Shown piece after piece: positions 33,325-43,245 of a DNA stretch of 64,000 nt. The position numbers and the translations under genes were made by a program. The DNA is taken from positions 1-64,000 of the forward strand of contig JAYPJE010000018.1 of assembly GCA_038128265.1 (NCBI GenBank). The letters run 5' to 3'. The notes under the pieces are model-generated. The model did no database searches. It worked only from the letters and a program-made list of their open reading frames with translations, and was not told where the DNA came from. This stretch comes from Gemmatimonadota bacterium (GTDB lineage Bacteria > Latescibacterota > UBA2968 > UBA8231). Each line of letters starts with the position of its first letter. The first letter of the stretch is position 1.

Positions 33325-35901
33325 ATGATTATCCAGACAAAAAATGCGCGTGCCATGCTGCTCTTTGCGCTGGTCATGCTCGCCGTTGGCCGCACGCCCA
33401 TCACGGCTGAAGAACTGATCGTGTGGGGTACGCCCAACGATCGCGGCCTCAAAGCGGCGCTGCGCCAGTTCGAGGCCGAACACCCTGGATGGGAAGTCGT
33501 CACCTCCGCGGGCTCGAGCGGCGGCATGGACCCACAAAAGCTCATGTGCGGCATTGCCGGCGGTAGCCCACCCGACATGCTGCAGCAGGATCGCTTTTCC
33601 GTGGGCGAATGGGCCGTGCGCGACGCCTTTATTTCGCTCGACGACTACGTGGCCGAAAGCGTTCGCCAAGAAGAGCGCGCGCGCACCGTTGGCGCGGCGC
33701 TGCAGCGCGGCGACCGCGCGGACGCGGCCAACGTGCTGGCTTCCCTTATATCGACCCTGCGCCAACGCGGCCCGAGTCGACAGCTAGATGTCGCCCTGCA
33801 GCTTCAGGATGACTTGGACGGCGCAGAGCACTCCGCGCTCGTCGGGCGAGCAGGGGAATTGCTCTCCTTGATGCAGGGCATCCATCCAGAGAAATTTTTT
33901 GACGCCTGCTGGCAGGAAGCCAGCTTTGGCCAGGGCGATGGGCGCCGCGTATATGCCATTCCCAACAGCACCGATAACCGCGCGCTCTACTACAACGAAG
34001 ACCTGTTGGAACGCGCCGGATTGGTCGACGCACAGGGACGAGCCAAGCCACCGCAGAACTGGCAGGAGCTCAAAGAATACGCCGTGCGCCTGACGCAGTA
34101 CGACGCCGACGGCAATATGACCCAACTCGGCTTTGCTCCCAACTACGGCAATAGCTGGCTCTACATCTACGGCTGGCTCAACGGCGGCCAGTTTATGAGC
34201 AACGATGGACGCACCTGCACGCTGGCCGAACCGCGCATTCAGGAAGCGCTGGCCTTTATGGTCGAAGTCTACGATGCGCTCGGCGGCATAGAGAAAGTCG
34301 ACGCCTTTCAGAGCGCCTTTCAATCGGGCGAATTTGATCCGTTTTTCATCGGCAAGGTAGCGATGAAAATCGACGGCAATTGGGGCCTCAACAACATTGC
34401 CGACTACGCGCCCAACCTGCGCTTTGGCGTTGCACCGGCGCCCGCGCCCGAGGGTAAATCCCCAATCACCTGGTCGGGTGGCTTTTCCTGGGCAATACCA
34501 GCCGGCTCGCGCCATCCGGAAATGGCCTTTGAGCTGCTGCGCTTTCTCAACTCCGATCGCGTGTGGGCGCTGCGCCACGAGGTAGCCGCGCGCTATGCCT
34601 CAAGCCGCGGACGCGCCTACGTGCCATCGATGGCGCCGCTGCCGCACATCAACCAGCACACCTATCAGGCGCTGGTAGCCAACAACGTCGAGCTGCCTGC
34701 GCGTATCAAAAACAGCTTTCTGCTCTTCGCCGAACTGATGGGCGTTTCGCGCTTCCGACCGGTAACACCCGTTGGGCAATTGCTGTGGGACGAGCACGCC
34801 CGCGCCTACGAAAAGGCGGTGCGCCATACCTATTCGCCACAGGAGGCGCTGGAGCGCGGCCAGTTCAGCGTCCAGCGCGAGCTGGATCGCACCTACGGTC
34901 AAACGGAGCGCCAACTGGTCAACTGGAATTACGCGCTCGTCGGCGCCGCCGTTCTGGTAGCCGGCTTACTATTTGCCGCCTACTGGTTTGGCGGCCGGTC
35001 GCAGCTGCTTAACGAACTCAAAAAGCACGAGTCGCTGGCCGCCCTGTGCTTTGTCTCGCCGTGGCTCATCGGGCTGATCTTGCTAACGGCCGGCCCCATA
35101 CTCGTATCTATTGTCTACAGCTTCTGTCGCTACGACGTGCTGCACGCCGCCGAGTTTGTCGGCTTCCAAAATTACGCGCGCCTCTTTAGCGACGACCCGC
35201 TGTTTTGGAAGTCGTTGGCCAACACGGCCTATATGATGCTCGGCGTGCCGCTGGGCATGGCCGTCGGGCTGGCCATCGCCATGCTGCTCAATACCGAGGT
35301 GCGCGGCATGCGCGTCTACCGCACGCTATTCTATCTGCCGGCCATCGTGCCGATGGTTGCCAGCGCCATTTTGTGGATCTGGGTGCTCAACCCAGAGGTC
35401 GGCCTGGTCAACTCGCTGCTGCGCATGCTCGGCGTCGGCGATCCGCCCAACTGGCTGCAGAGCGCATCGTGGGCCTTTGGCTCGAAGAGCGCCATCATAC
35501 TCATGGGCCTGTGGAGCGCCGGATCGGGCATGATCATCTGGCTGGCCGGCCTCAAGGGCATTCCCCAGCATCTTTACGAAGCCGCCGAAATCGACGGTGC
35601 AGGGCCGTGGGGGCGCTTTTTCAACGTCACCATTCCCATGCTCTCCCCCTACATATTCTTCAACCTGATCATGGGCATTATTGGCACAATGCAGATTTTT
35701 ACGCAGGCCTTTATAATGACGCAGGGGGGGCCCGACGATTCGACGCTGTTCTACGCCTACTACCTCTTCAACAACGCCTTCCGCTACTTCAAGATGGGCT
35801 ACGCATCGGCACTGGCGTGGATTCTCTTTGTATTCATTCTCGCACTAACCCTTGTACAGCTCAAGCTGGCGCCGCGCTGGGTGCACTACGAGGCCGACTG
35901 A
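33325..35901 (+). CDS. Fused sugar ABC substrate-binding protein + MalF-like permease
   Basis: N-terminal family-1 SBP motifs ('GGSPPD', 'LYYNEDLLE', 'PPQNWQEL', 'WSGGFSWAIP') in frame with permease motifs ('YRTLFYLP', 'LYEAAEIDGAG', 'MGYASALAWILF'). Confidence 0.92.
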   Translation: MIIQTKNARAMLLFALVMLAVGRTPITAEELIVWGTPNDRGLKAALRQFEAEHPGWEVVTSAGSSGGMDPQKLMCGIAGGSPPDMLQQDRFSVGEWAVRDAFISLDDYVAESVRQEERARTVGAALQRGDRADAANVLASLISTLRQRGPSRQLDVALQLQDDLDGAEHSALVGRAGELLSLMQGIHPEKFFDACWQEASFGQGDGRRVYAIPNSTDNRALYYNEDLLERAGLVDAQGRAKPPQNWQELKEYAVRLTQYDADGNMTQLGFAPNYGNSWLYIYGWLNGGQFMSNDGRTCTLAEPRIQEALAFMVEVYDALGGIEKVDAFQSAFQSGEFDPFFIGKVAMKIDGNWGLNNIADYAPNLRFGVAPAPAPEGKSPITWSGGFSWAIPAGSRHPEMAFELLRFLNSDRVWALRHEVAARYASSRGRAYVPSMAPLPHINQHTYQALVANNVELPARIKNSFLLFAELMGVSRFRPVTPVGQLLWDEHARAYEKAVRHTYSPQEALERGQFSVQRELDRTYGQTERQLVNWNYALVGAAVLVAGLLFAAYWFGGRSQLLNELKKHESLAALCFVSPWLIGLILLTAGPILVSIVYSFCRYDVLHAAEFVGFQNYARLFSDDPLFWKSLANTAYMMLGVPLGMAVGLAIAMLLNTEVRGMRVYRTLFYLPAIVPMVASAILWIWVLNPEVGLVNSLLRMLGVGDPPNWLQSASWAFGSKSAIILMGLWSAGSGMIIWLAGLKGIPQHLYEAAEIDGAGPWGRFFNVTIPMLSPYIFFNLIMGIIGTMQIFTQAFIMTQGGPDDSTLFYAYYLFNNAFRYFKMGYASALAWILFVFILALTLVQLKLAPRWVHYEAD

Positions 35902-35902
35902 T

Positions 35903-37714
35903 ATGCCCCGGCTGCTCACCGCGCTGATCTTCTTTTTTGAGTGGTCTATTGCTACTACGTTCGTCTTCGCCACGCTCGTTGGCGACCTCGAAGACGAACT
36001 GGCGACGCTCTCGCTGATGCTAGTCGCCGTAGCTGCGGCGAGCCTGCTGTTAGCCTGGAAATTAACGCCGGCAACGGCCTACAAAGTTGGCGTGCAGACG
36101 GCCCTCGTAGAAGGCTGCGTGCTCTTTGCCTTCCCCTTTGTTTGGCTGTTGAGCACGAGCATGAAGTACGACGAGGAAATTTTCGTCTACCCACCGCGCT
36201 GGCTACCCTCCCTGCCGGCCAGCGTGCATTCGTCGCCCTATGCCACCAACGAGTCGGTGAGCGCCTTTGATCGCCCCGATGCTTTTTCCACTAGCCGATG
36301 GAGTACACTACTTGAGCGGGCACGCCCCGCGCTCTACCGGGCGGCACAGCCCTTCCTAACGGAGACAGAAGACCAACCCTGGCTGGGCGATGCGCTGACG
36401 GACGCGCTCTTTGCGGCCAGCGCGCGTGCCATGCCGATAGCACTATGGGAACAGGACGAAGATACGATCGTCGATGCCATCGAAGGGCGCGTCGACGCAG
36501 CCATGGTGCGCGATGCGATATCGATTGTGTATCGAGGCGTTGCCCTGCGCGCACCGACGCTGCGCGACATAGCACAAAATAGCTACGCGCTGGAGGGAGC
36601 CGTAGACCGCTGGCGCGTAGTGCAGGGCGATGGCATGCTGCGCGCCGCCGATGCAAGCGGTGCAAGGGAGTGGGTCTACCAGTTTTCTGGAGGCGATGGC
36701 TTGGCCATTGAGGGAGATTTCGCACTGCCAGCCGATAGCACTGCGCTACTCGGTTTTACCCTGCCGCTGCGCCAGGACCGATCGTGGCACGCCTGGCGCA
36801 TCGTGCTGGAAGTCGACGGCACGCGCTACGAGAGCCGCGACGCGCTCTACTGGGGCAAGCACCGCTGGCAGGAGGTGAGCTTTAAGCTGGCTTCACTCGA
36901 CGCGCGCGACGAGCGCGAGTTGGGCGTCTGGCCGCTCTACGAAGCAGCGGATCAAACCAATGTGCTGGTCGAAGACGGAACGATGCGGGTGCGCATCGAA
37001 GTGGAGCGCGGATCGCGCTGGACCGTGCTCTGGCGCAAATATACCGACAACTACTACAGCGCCTACATCGCTACCGAACACCGCTGGGCCTATGTCTACA
37101 ACAGCGTGCTGTTGGCTTTTTTGACCATTCTCGGCCAGGTCTTGAGCTGCTCGCTAGCCGCCTACGCCTTTGCGCGCCTGCAGTGGCCGGGTCGCGACCT
37201 CATCTTTGGCGTGCTGCTCGCCACGATGATGCTACCCGGCCAGGTAACGATGATTCCCGTCTTTATGATCTTCCGCACGCTGGGATGGTACAATACGCTC
37301 GAGGCGCTGTGGGTGCCCTCGTTCTTCGGGTCGGCCTTCTTTATTTTTATGCTGCGCCAGTTTATGCGCGCCATACCCGGCGACTTGGAAGACGCGGCCA
37401 AGATCGACGGCTGCGGTTTCTTTGGTATTTACTGGCGCATTATATTGCCGCTGACGCGCCCGGCCCTAGCCGCCGTGTGTATTTTTACCTTTATGAACAC
37501 TTGGAACGACTTCATGGGCCCACTGATCTACATCAACGACCAGCGCCTCTACCCGCTGGCGCTGGGCCTATTCGATTTCCGCTCCGAGCACGGCAGCGAA
37601 TTCGGCATGCTGATGGCCGCATCGACGCTGATGACGCTGCCCGTCATTGCCATTTTCTTTGCCGCCCAGCGCTACTTTATCCAAGGCGTGACGCTCACCG
37701 GTATGAAGGGCTAG
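35903..37714 (+). CDS. MalG-like carbohydrate ABC permease with a large soluble insertion
   Basis: 'PFVWLLSTS.K..EIF..PP.WLP', then about 270 extra residues, then 'AAYAFARL', 'LEDAAKIDG', 'QRYFIQGVTLTGMKG'. ATG 35903. Confidence 0.9.
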   Translation: MPRLLTALIFFFEWSIATTFVFATLVGDLEDELATLSLMLVAVAAASLLLAWKLTPATAYKVGVQTALVEGCVLFAFPFVWLLSTSMKYDEEIFVYPPRWLPSLPASVHSSPYATNESVSAFDRPDAFSTSRWSTLLERARPALYRAAQPFLTETEDQPWLGDALTDALFAASARAMPIALWEQDEDTIVDAIEGRVDAAMVRDAISIVYRGVALRAPTLRDIAQNSYALEGAVDRWRVVQGDGMLRAADASGAREWVYQFSGGDGLAIEGDFALPADSTALLGFTLPLRQDRSWHAWRIVLEVDGTRYESRDALYWGKHRWQEVSFKLASLDARDERELGVWPLYEAADQTNVLVEDGTMRVRIEVERGSRWTVLWRKYTDNYYSAYIATEHRWAYVYNSVLLAFLTILGQVLSCSLAAYAFARLQWPGRDLIFGVLLATMMLPGQVTMIPVFMIFRTLGWYNTLEALWVPSFFGSAFFIFMLRQFMRAIPGDLEDAAKIDGCGFFGIYWRIILPLTRPALAAVCIFTFMNTWNDFMGPLIYINDQRLYPLALGLFDFRSEHGSEFGMLMAASTLMTLPVIAIFFAAQRYFIQGVTLTGMKG

Positions 37715-38739
37715 CGACCGGGGCCGATCACGCCCTCTTCCAACATAGTTAGCAGCGCCGAGTCGTCGACGTCGAGCGGCAGCACGACGCGTCCGCGGCG
37801 CCGGCTAGACTCATAGGTCGCAAAAATCAGCTCGGTCGCCTGCAGGGCCTTGCGCCCTGATAGCTCGGGCTCGCGGCCCGTTTCTAGCGCATCGATCAAG
37901 TCGAGAACGGAAAGCGCCGTATCGCCGCCCTCGGGCACCGCGCTGGCCAAATCATCATCGGAGAAATCTTCCCACGATCCCTTTCCCTTGCGCAGCAGCC
38001 GCAGCGGAGCGCGCTGTGGACCGCCCACCTCTAGGATGCCATCGCTACCGCACAGGCGGTTGCGCGGACCCTGCATCATGGCATGGCCCGTAGCCAGCAA
38101 CCCCTCTACGCCGTTTTGCCAGCGCACCCAAGACAGGCCGCTCGTCTCCAGCGCCACGCCAAAGACCTGGCTCTCTTCCTCGGCGGCAATTTGTCCCATG
38201 ACCCACTCAGCCGGCTCATCGTTGTTATAGTAGAAAAACATATCAAACCAGTGCGTGCCCCAATCAAATAGGTTAGAGCACGCTCCCTCAACGCGCTGCA
38301 GCTGACCAATTGCCCCTTCGTCAAGTAGCTCCTTGGCCCGGACAAACTGAGCGCCAAACCGCCGCTGGTGGCAGAAGGTCAGGACGACGCCACGGTCAAC
38401 GCACGCCTGGTATAATGCCTTGGCATCGCCCCACGTTGGCGCCATGGGCTTTTCGCTGTGAATCGCACGCACGCCGACGTGCGCAGCCGCTTCAATCATT
38501 TCGCGATGTTGACCAGTCCACGTGCAAACACTGACCATATCGAGCTCTTCGTTCTCCAACATCTGGCGATAGTCTTCGTAGGTCCGCTGCACCGAAAACG
38601 TCTTTGCAAAGCTGCTGCACGTTGATTCTATGGGATCAGCACAGGCGACGATTTCAACTTTGGAAGAGAGCGCATAGCCCTCGGCATGCGCGCGACCGCG
38701 GCCGCCGCACCCTATAATGCCCGCTCTATACGTAGCCAT
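37711..38739 (-). CDS. Gfo/Idh/MocA-family oxidoreductase
   Basis: 'GIIGCGGRG', 'SEKPMA', 'HQRRF', 'DWGTHWFD'. Start at ATG 38739. Confidence 0.92.
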   Translation of the reverse strand: MATYRAGIIGCGGRGRAHAEGYALSSKVEIVACADPIESTCSSFAKTFSVQRTYEDYRQMLENEELDMVSVCTWTGQHREMIEAAAHVGVRAIHSEKPMAPTWGDAKALYQACVDRGVVLTFCHQRRFGAQFVRAKELLDEGAIGQLQRVEGACSNLFDWGTHWFDMFFYYNNDEPAEWVMGQIAAEEESQVFGVALETSGLSWVRWQNGVEGLLATGHAMMQGPRNRLCGSDGILEVGGPQRAPLRLLRKGKGSWEDFSDDDLASAVPEGGDTALSVLDLIDALETGREPELSGRKALQATELIFATYESSRRRGRVVLPLDVDDSALLTMLEEGVIGPGR

Positions 38740-39084
38740 CGTTGCTTCCTTTGCGCAGTAGGTGAAAAGAATCTCGCTGTAACTCGCCGCCAATATACGG
38801 CATAACGTGCGCGCGACCTATGCCGCAGTACCGCACGCCTAGTCCAGCGACCTAGAACCGACCTAGGGACTGAGCCCGAAGAAAATACCTGTGGCGGATG
38901 GCTACGCCTTGATAGCCGGCCTTTTGCCAAGAGTCAAACTACAGCAGCATGCCACAGAGTACAGCCCGTTTGCCCCCAAAATAGACCCCAAAAACCATCG
39001 GCGGCCAACCTGCTTCTCACTCCTATCTGCTAGCTAAGACGAACCTGCCATGCAGCAAGCCGTTAGAAATAGAGGACCCCTGGA

Positions 39085-39112
39085 TTGCATACCGCGCTCT
39101 TGGGTATATTAT
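39085..39112 (+). promoter_or_regulatory. Possible sigma70-type promoter for the PhyH gene
   Basis: TTGCAT-N16-TATTAT about 70 nt upstream of ATG 39186. Confidence 0.35.
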
Positions 39113-39185
39113 TGGCGACCAAACGCCGAACACGCATTCCGTGAGCCTGTGCCAAACGCCCCTACAACGACGATGGAGTTACGAT

Positions 39186-40007
39186 ATGCCCATAACCGAT
39201 GCCCTGCCCGATATGCAGCGCCAGCTGGAATTCTTTCCCTGCACCAACAAACATCCTAAAAAGCTGACGCTGGAACAGGTAGAGCAGTATAACCAGAAGG
39301 GCTATATAAGCCCTTTAGACGTTTTTTCTCCTGCCGAAGCCGCATCTAATCGAGCCTATTTTGACGAGTTAATGGAGAGGGCAAAAGAGGCCGGGCACTC
39401 GAGTTATTCGATTAACGGCTGGCACCGTCACTGCCGTGGTCTGTACGATCTGCTGCATGAAAAGCGCATTCTCGACTATGCCGAAGACCTGTTAGGACCC
39501 AACCTGGTCAGCATTATGACGCACTACTTCAGCAAAGAGCCCGGCGATGGCAAACAGGTCAGCTGGCACCAGGACGCGTCCTACTGGCCGCTAACGCCAA
39601 GTAAAGTCGTCACCGTCTGGCTGGCCATCGACGACGTGGACGCAGATAACGGCCCTATGACGGTTATTCCCGGCTCGCACTTACACGGGCAAATACCCTT
39701 TGAGCGCAGCACGGCCGAGGAAAACAACGTGCTCGGACAGAGCGTGCACGATCCACTCCAGTGGGGCGATGCCCCCGTGCCCTTTGTTATGAAGGCCGGA
39801 CAAATTTCCATGCACACAGATATGCTGCTGCACGGCTCGGAGCCCAATCGCTCCACGCGACGGCGCTGTGGCCTAACGCTCCGCTACATGCCGCCCGAGG
39901 TGCGAACGCGCGAAGCCGAGCACGCGCACGGCTATATCTGCCGCGGCGAAGACGAGAGCGGCTATTGGTTGAATTGGCCGGTGCCCGAAGGCGACGCGGT
40001 GCCCTGA
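39186..40007 (+). CDS. Phytanoyl-CoA dioxygenase (PhyH)-family Fe(II)/2-oxoglutarate dioxygenase
   Basis: 'WHQD', 'TVWLAIDD...NG...IPGSH', 'HGSEPNRS..RR'. GGAG RBS before ATG 39186. Confidence 0.92.
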   Translation: MPITDALPDMQRQLEFFPCTNKHPKKLTLEQVEQYNQKGYISPLDVFSPAEAASNRAYFDELMERAKEAGHSSYSINGWHRHCRGLYDLLHEKRILDYAEDLLGPNLVSIMTHYFSKEPGDGKQVSWHQDASYWPLTPSKVVTVWLAIDDVDADNGPMTVIPGSHLHGQIPFERSTAEENNVLGQSVHDPLQWGDAPVPFVMKAGQISMHTDMLLHGSEPNRSTRRRCGLTLRYMPPEVRTREAEHAHGYICRGEDESGYWLNWPVPEGDAVP

Positions 40008-40030
40008 GTAAGGTAGGGGGAATCGCCTGT

Positions 40031-41899
40031 TTAGTAGGCGACGTTTACAATGCCCTGCCGGTAGAACATCCCAGCATCGGCGTCTACTTCAATCTGGTAG
40101 AGATACACGCCCTGTGGCACGGTCAGACCATAGCGATCGCGTCCGTCCCAGATACGCGCAAAGCGACCGCTCTGATCGGAACCGGCAAATCCGCGCTGCA
40201 CGCGCTTGCCGGCCAGATCGAATATCTCAAACAGCACCGGCGTCGGCTGATTTAGACGCAGCAAGTTGTAGGAGACGAGCAGGTAGTCGTTGACCCCGTC
40301 GGCGTTGGGCGTAAACACCCGAGTAGAGGCGCGAATATCGTCGACGAGGGGATCGTTGCGCGACGAGAGACGCACGGCCAGCGTGGCTCCGGGCGTGCGC
40401 GGATCGACGTCGCCGGGCTGGGCAAATTGGTAAATCGTTTCGCGCTCGTCAGGCGTTGCGCGCTCGTCGAGGGCCTGCACGCGAAAGGCCGTGCCGTCGG
40501 AAAATACGCGCGCGCGAAAAAAGACTTCGACAAAGCTGGCTTTGGGGTCGATGCGATCCCACAGATTGATTGAAAAGCCGTCGCCGGGATTGATGCGCGA
40601 AGTAAAGAGCGCATCGCGGTCTTTAACTAATACGCGATCGATAGCGACGATCTCAGCCGCCGTCTGTATCTCCATCTGGCGAAAGCCCGAGGTCGGCACG
40701 TTGGAATCTTCCAGCTGCTGCACCTGCAGCGCCAGCACAAAGTCGGTCTCCTGCCCAGCGTCGACGATTGTCGGGCTGATCTCCGCTTCCATGACCTGCG
40801 CCAGCGGCCAGCTGGTGTACTCGAAGTGCATGGTCTCAATCTTAAAGCCGGGCTCGTTCCACTGCAGGCGAAATTGGATGTATTCCTTGGGAGACGGAGA
40901 GATAATTAACCCGTCCGTAACCGCTTCCCAGGCGCTCCATTCGGGGTTCGGCAAGATCGGCCCGCGCTCGGCTTCGCCGCGCTCGACGTCGCTCAGGTTG
41001 ACGATATTCTCCCAGCCTTTCCTACCCACCTCGCGCAGCGTCTGCGACTTGGTCAGACGCAAGAAGTACTGCACCGGCTTGGCATCCGGACCGGTGCGCG
41101 TCTGCACGGCGACGGGCAGCTCGTCGGGATCGCGGCCGTTAATGCGCAAACGCCCCCATACGGGAAAACCGCCAGGCACGGTGAGCGGTCGCGAAATAAA
41201 CTCCACGGGGGCCACGCTGCCGTTGGCGATGATTTCAATCTCGGCAATTTCCCACGGCCGCTCGTTGAGCGTGACCACGCGCACGTGGCGCATCTCCTTG
41301 TCGTCGCGCGGTTGATTGGGCAGCGGCCAAATGGCAATGCTCTGCGTATTGGGCGAGTTGACGTTGGCGTTAATGAGGAATGGGTTGCCGAAGGGCTCGG
41401 TGGCAATGGCATCGGGCGACGACAGCACCGACGGATCCTTGCTGTCGGAGCCAAGGGCGAAGGCCTGCACGTAGAGGTCGCGGTGGTCCGAGTCCAGGCG
41501 CGGAAAAAAGCGAATCTGCTGCACGCCAAAGTGACCGCCCAAATCGATGTAGAGAGACGACTGGCGCGCTATGCCGATCTCATCGGGGTTAAAGGCCGTA
41601 TTGTCGTCGCCGTCAATTGCCTTGGCCATTGCTGCATTCGAGGCAAAGTCGAGCGTTGGCGTGCCGAAGGTAGTCGTGCCTTCAACTGTGGCAAAGACGC
41701 GACCACCGCGGGCGAGTGCGCGAGGCGCCAGGTTGTCGCCGGCCTGCACGTCCCAGGTCCAGATCGAGTCGCGTTCGACACCCATCTTGGTCGACTCTTC
41801 GATCACGGCCGTCCAGGGCAAGCCCCCCGGACCGATCACCATTTCTTCGACGGCCCATCCCCGTGCAAATAGAAGCGCGACAAGCAGCAGCGTTTTCAT
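40031..41899 (-). CDS. Cassette B gene 8 (second copy of gene-6 type): secreted discoidin-like protein with FlgD-Ig/CHU_C-like CTD
   Basis: Signal peptide, 'AIDGDDNTAF..YIDLG..IRFFPRLD', 'FTPNADGVND...WDGRD...QGVYLY', ends in Y. ATGA overlap with the LRR gene. Confidence 0.8.
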   Translation of the reverse strand: MKTLLLVALLFARGWAVEEMVIGPGGLPWTAVIEESTKMGVERDSIWTWDVQAGDNLAPRALARGGRVFATVEGTTTFGTPTLDFASNAAMAKAIDGDDNTAFNPDEIGIARQSSLYIDLGGHFGVQQIRFFPRLDSDHRDLYVQAFALGSDSKDPSVLSSPDAIATEPFGNPFLINANVNSPNTQSIAIWPLPNQPRDDKEMRHVRVVTLNERPWEIAEIEIIANGSVAPVEFISRPLTVPGGFPVWGRLRINGRDPDELPVAVQTRTGPDAKPVQYFLRLTKSQTLREVGRKGWENIVNLSDVERGEAERGPILPNPEWSAWEAVTDGLIISPSPKEYIQFRLQWNEPGFKIETMHFEYTSWPLAQVMEAEISPTIVDAGQETDFVLALQVQQLEDSNVPTSGFRQMEIQTAAEIVAIDRVLVKDRDALFTSRINPGDGFSINLWDRIDPKASFVEVFFRARVFSDGTAFRVQALDERATPDERETIYQFAQPGDVDPRTPGATLAVRLSSRNDPLVDDIRASTRVFTPNADGVNDYLLVSYNLLRLNQPTPVLFEIFDLAGKRVQRGFAGSDQSGRFARIWDGRDRYGLTVPQGVYLYQIEVDADAGMFYRQGIVNVAY

Positions 41900-43188
41900 C
41901 GGCCAATCACAAAAGCGCCGCGATCGCGCAGAATCGGAATGACATTTTCGCGCGAATCGGATGAGAGGTTGTTCCCGCGCACCCAGATGCTTTTGAGGCC
42001 GTCCATATCCAACAGCGGCGAGAGGTCAGAGACTTCATTGTCCGTCAGGTTGAGCGTGGCCAGTTGGTCGAGGTCGCGCAGCGGCGAGAGATCCGTTACG
42101 CTGTTTTGCGCCAGGTTGAGGAACTTTAAGCGCGTCAGGTTCGACAGGCTACTCACGTCCGAAACGCCCGCGTTCGGCAAGTTGAGCTCCTCGAGCAGAA
42201 TCAGTCCGCCCAGTGGCACCAAGCTTTCGACCGGCGTGTCGCGCACGGTGAGAATTTTGAGTTTTATCAGCGAGGCAAGCGGCGTCAGGTCACTAAACCC
42301 CTGTATGTCTTCCGACGCGGAAAAGCGAATAAAGAGGGCCTCTATATTGACCAGACGGTTCATGCCGCTGAGCGTTTGGATCGCCCCCGTAGTGTTGAGG
42401 AAGAGTAGATCTTCCAATAGATCGTCGGTAACCGGTCCTTTTAGACCGCCCAGATGCGCTCGAATATCTTCTTCGAGAGCCGCATCAAATGGGCTTTCGA
42501 AAGGCTGGTAGTAGTGTACGTCGACGCCGCGATTGACCAGCGGATCGAGCGCAGCAACGTCGGCGAGGGGATTGCCCGATAGCTCGAGATCGGTTAGCAG
42601 GCGCAGTCCCAGCAGGGGGCTGATATCGCGAATCTGGTTGTTATCGAGGTTGATCAGGCGCAGCCGGCGCAAATTGGCCAGCGCAGCAATATCGGCTATG
42701 GCGTTGTTTTGCAGGTCGAGATGCGTCAGCTGCAAAAGCGCATCGAGAGCACCAATATCGACGATGGCATTGTTGGACAGATTGAGAGCACTGAGGCGCT
42801 GCAGCGACGAGAGCGGCCCGATATCGACCAGCTCGTTGTCGGAAAGGTCGAGCTGCTGCACGTCGGTAAGAGTAGCCAGCGGCGCTACGTCGACTAGAGC
42901 ATTGGCTCCCAAATCGACCGTGCGCAGCGCGCTCAGGCGTTCGATTCCATCGAGCGAAGCGATGCCGCGCTGGGCGGCAGACAGCGTCTCGATCGCAACC
43001 AACTGGTCGGTTGCGAGTGCGCCGCGCGGCGTGTCGAGCACTTCGCGCACGACGCGCTCCAAGGCCATATCGGCAAATTCCGTATGGTCGAATACTTCGG
43101 ACGGATTAACCGCCAGCGGCGGCGTTGGTGCGTCCTGACAGGAGAGGGTAAGTAGCGCTGCAAGCGCAAGTAAACAATTAGTCATCAT
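41896..43188 (-). CDS. Cassette B gene 7: internalin-like LRR lipoprotein
   Basis: Lipobox LTLSC, 'FDHTEFAD..LERVVR' cap, about 14 LRRs in two blocks. Confidence 0.9.
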   Translation of the reverse strand: MMTNCLLALAALLTLSCQDAPTPPLAVNPSEVFDHTEFADMALERVVREVLDTPRGALATDQLVAIETLSAAQRGIASLDGIERLSALRTVDLGANALVDVAPLATLTDVQQLDLSDNELVDIGPLSSLQRLSALNLSNNAIVDIGALDALLQLTHLDLQNNAIADIAALANLRRLRLINLDNNQIRDISPLLGLRLLTDLELSGNPLADVAALDPLVNRGVDVHYYQPFESPFDAALEEDIRAHLGGLKGPVTDDLLEDLLFLNTTGAIQTLSGMNRLVNIEALFIRFSASEDIQGFSDLTPLASLIKLKILTVRDTPVESLVPLGGLILLEELNLPNAGVSDVSSLSNLTRLKFLNLAQNSVTDLSPLRDLDQLATLNLTDNEVSDLSPLLDMDGLKSIWVRGNNLSSDSRENVIPILRDRGAFVIGR

Positions 43189-43245
43189 GGCAGCTATTTA
43201 GTAGGTGAGTAAAGATAGGGTCTGAGTCTCACGCGGCAAAGGTTC

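Noticed and set aside
33169..33765. N-terminal 199-aa extension of the C-N hydrolase ORF
   Set aside because: Overlaps the SBP-permease gene on the opposite strand; the hydrolase domain starts at ATG 33168.
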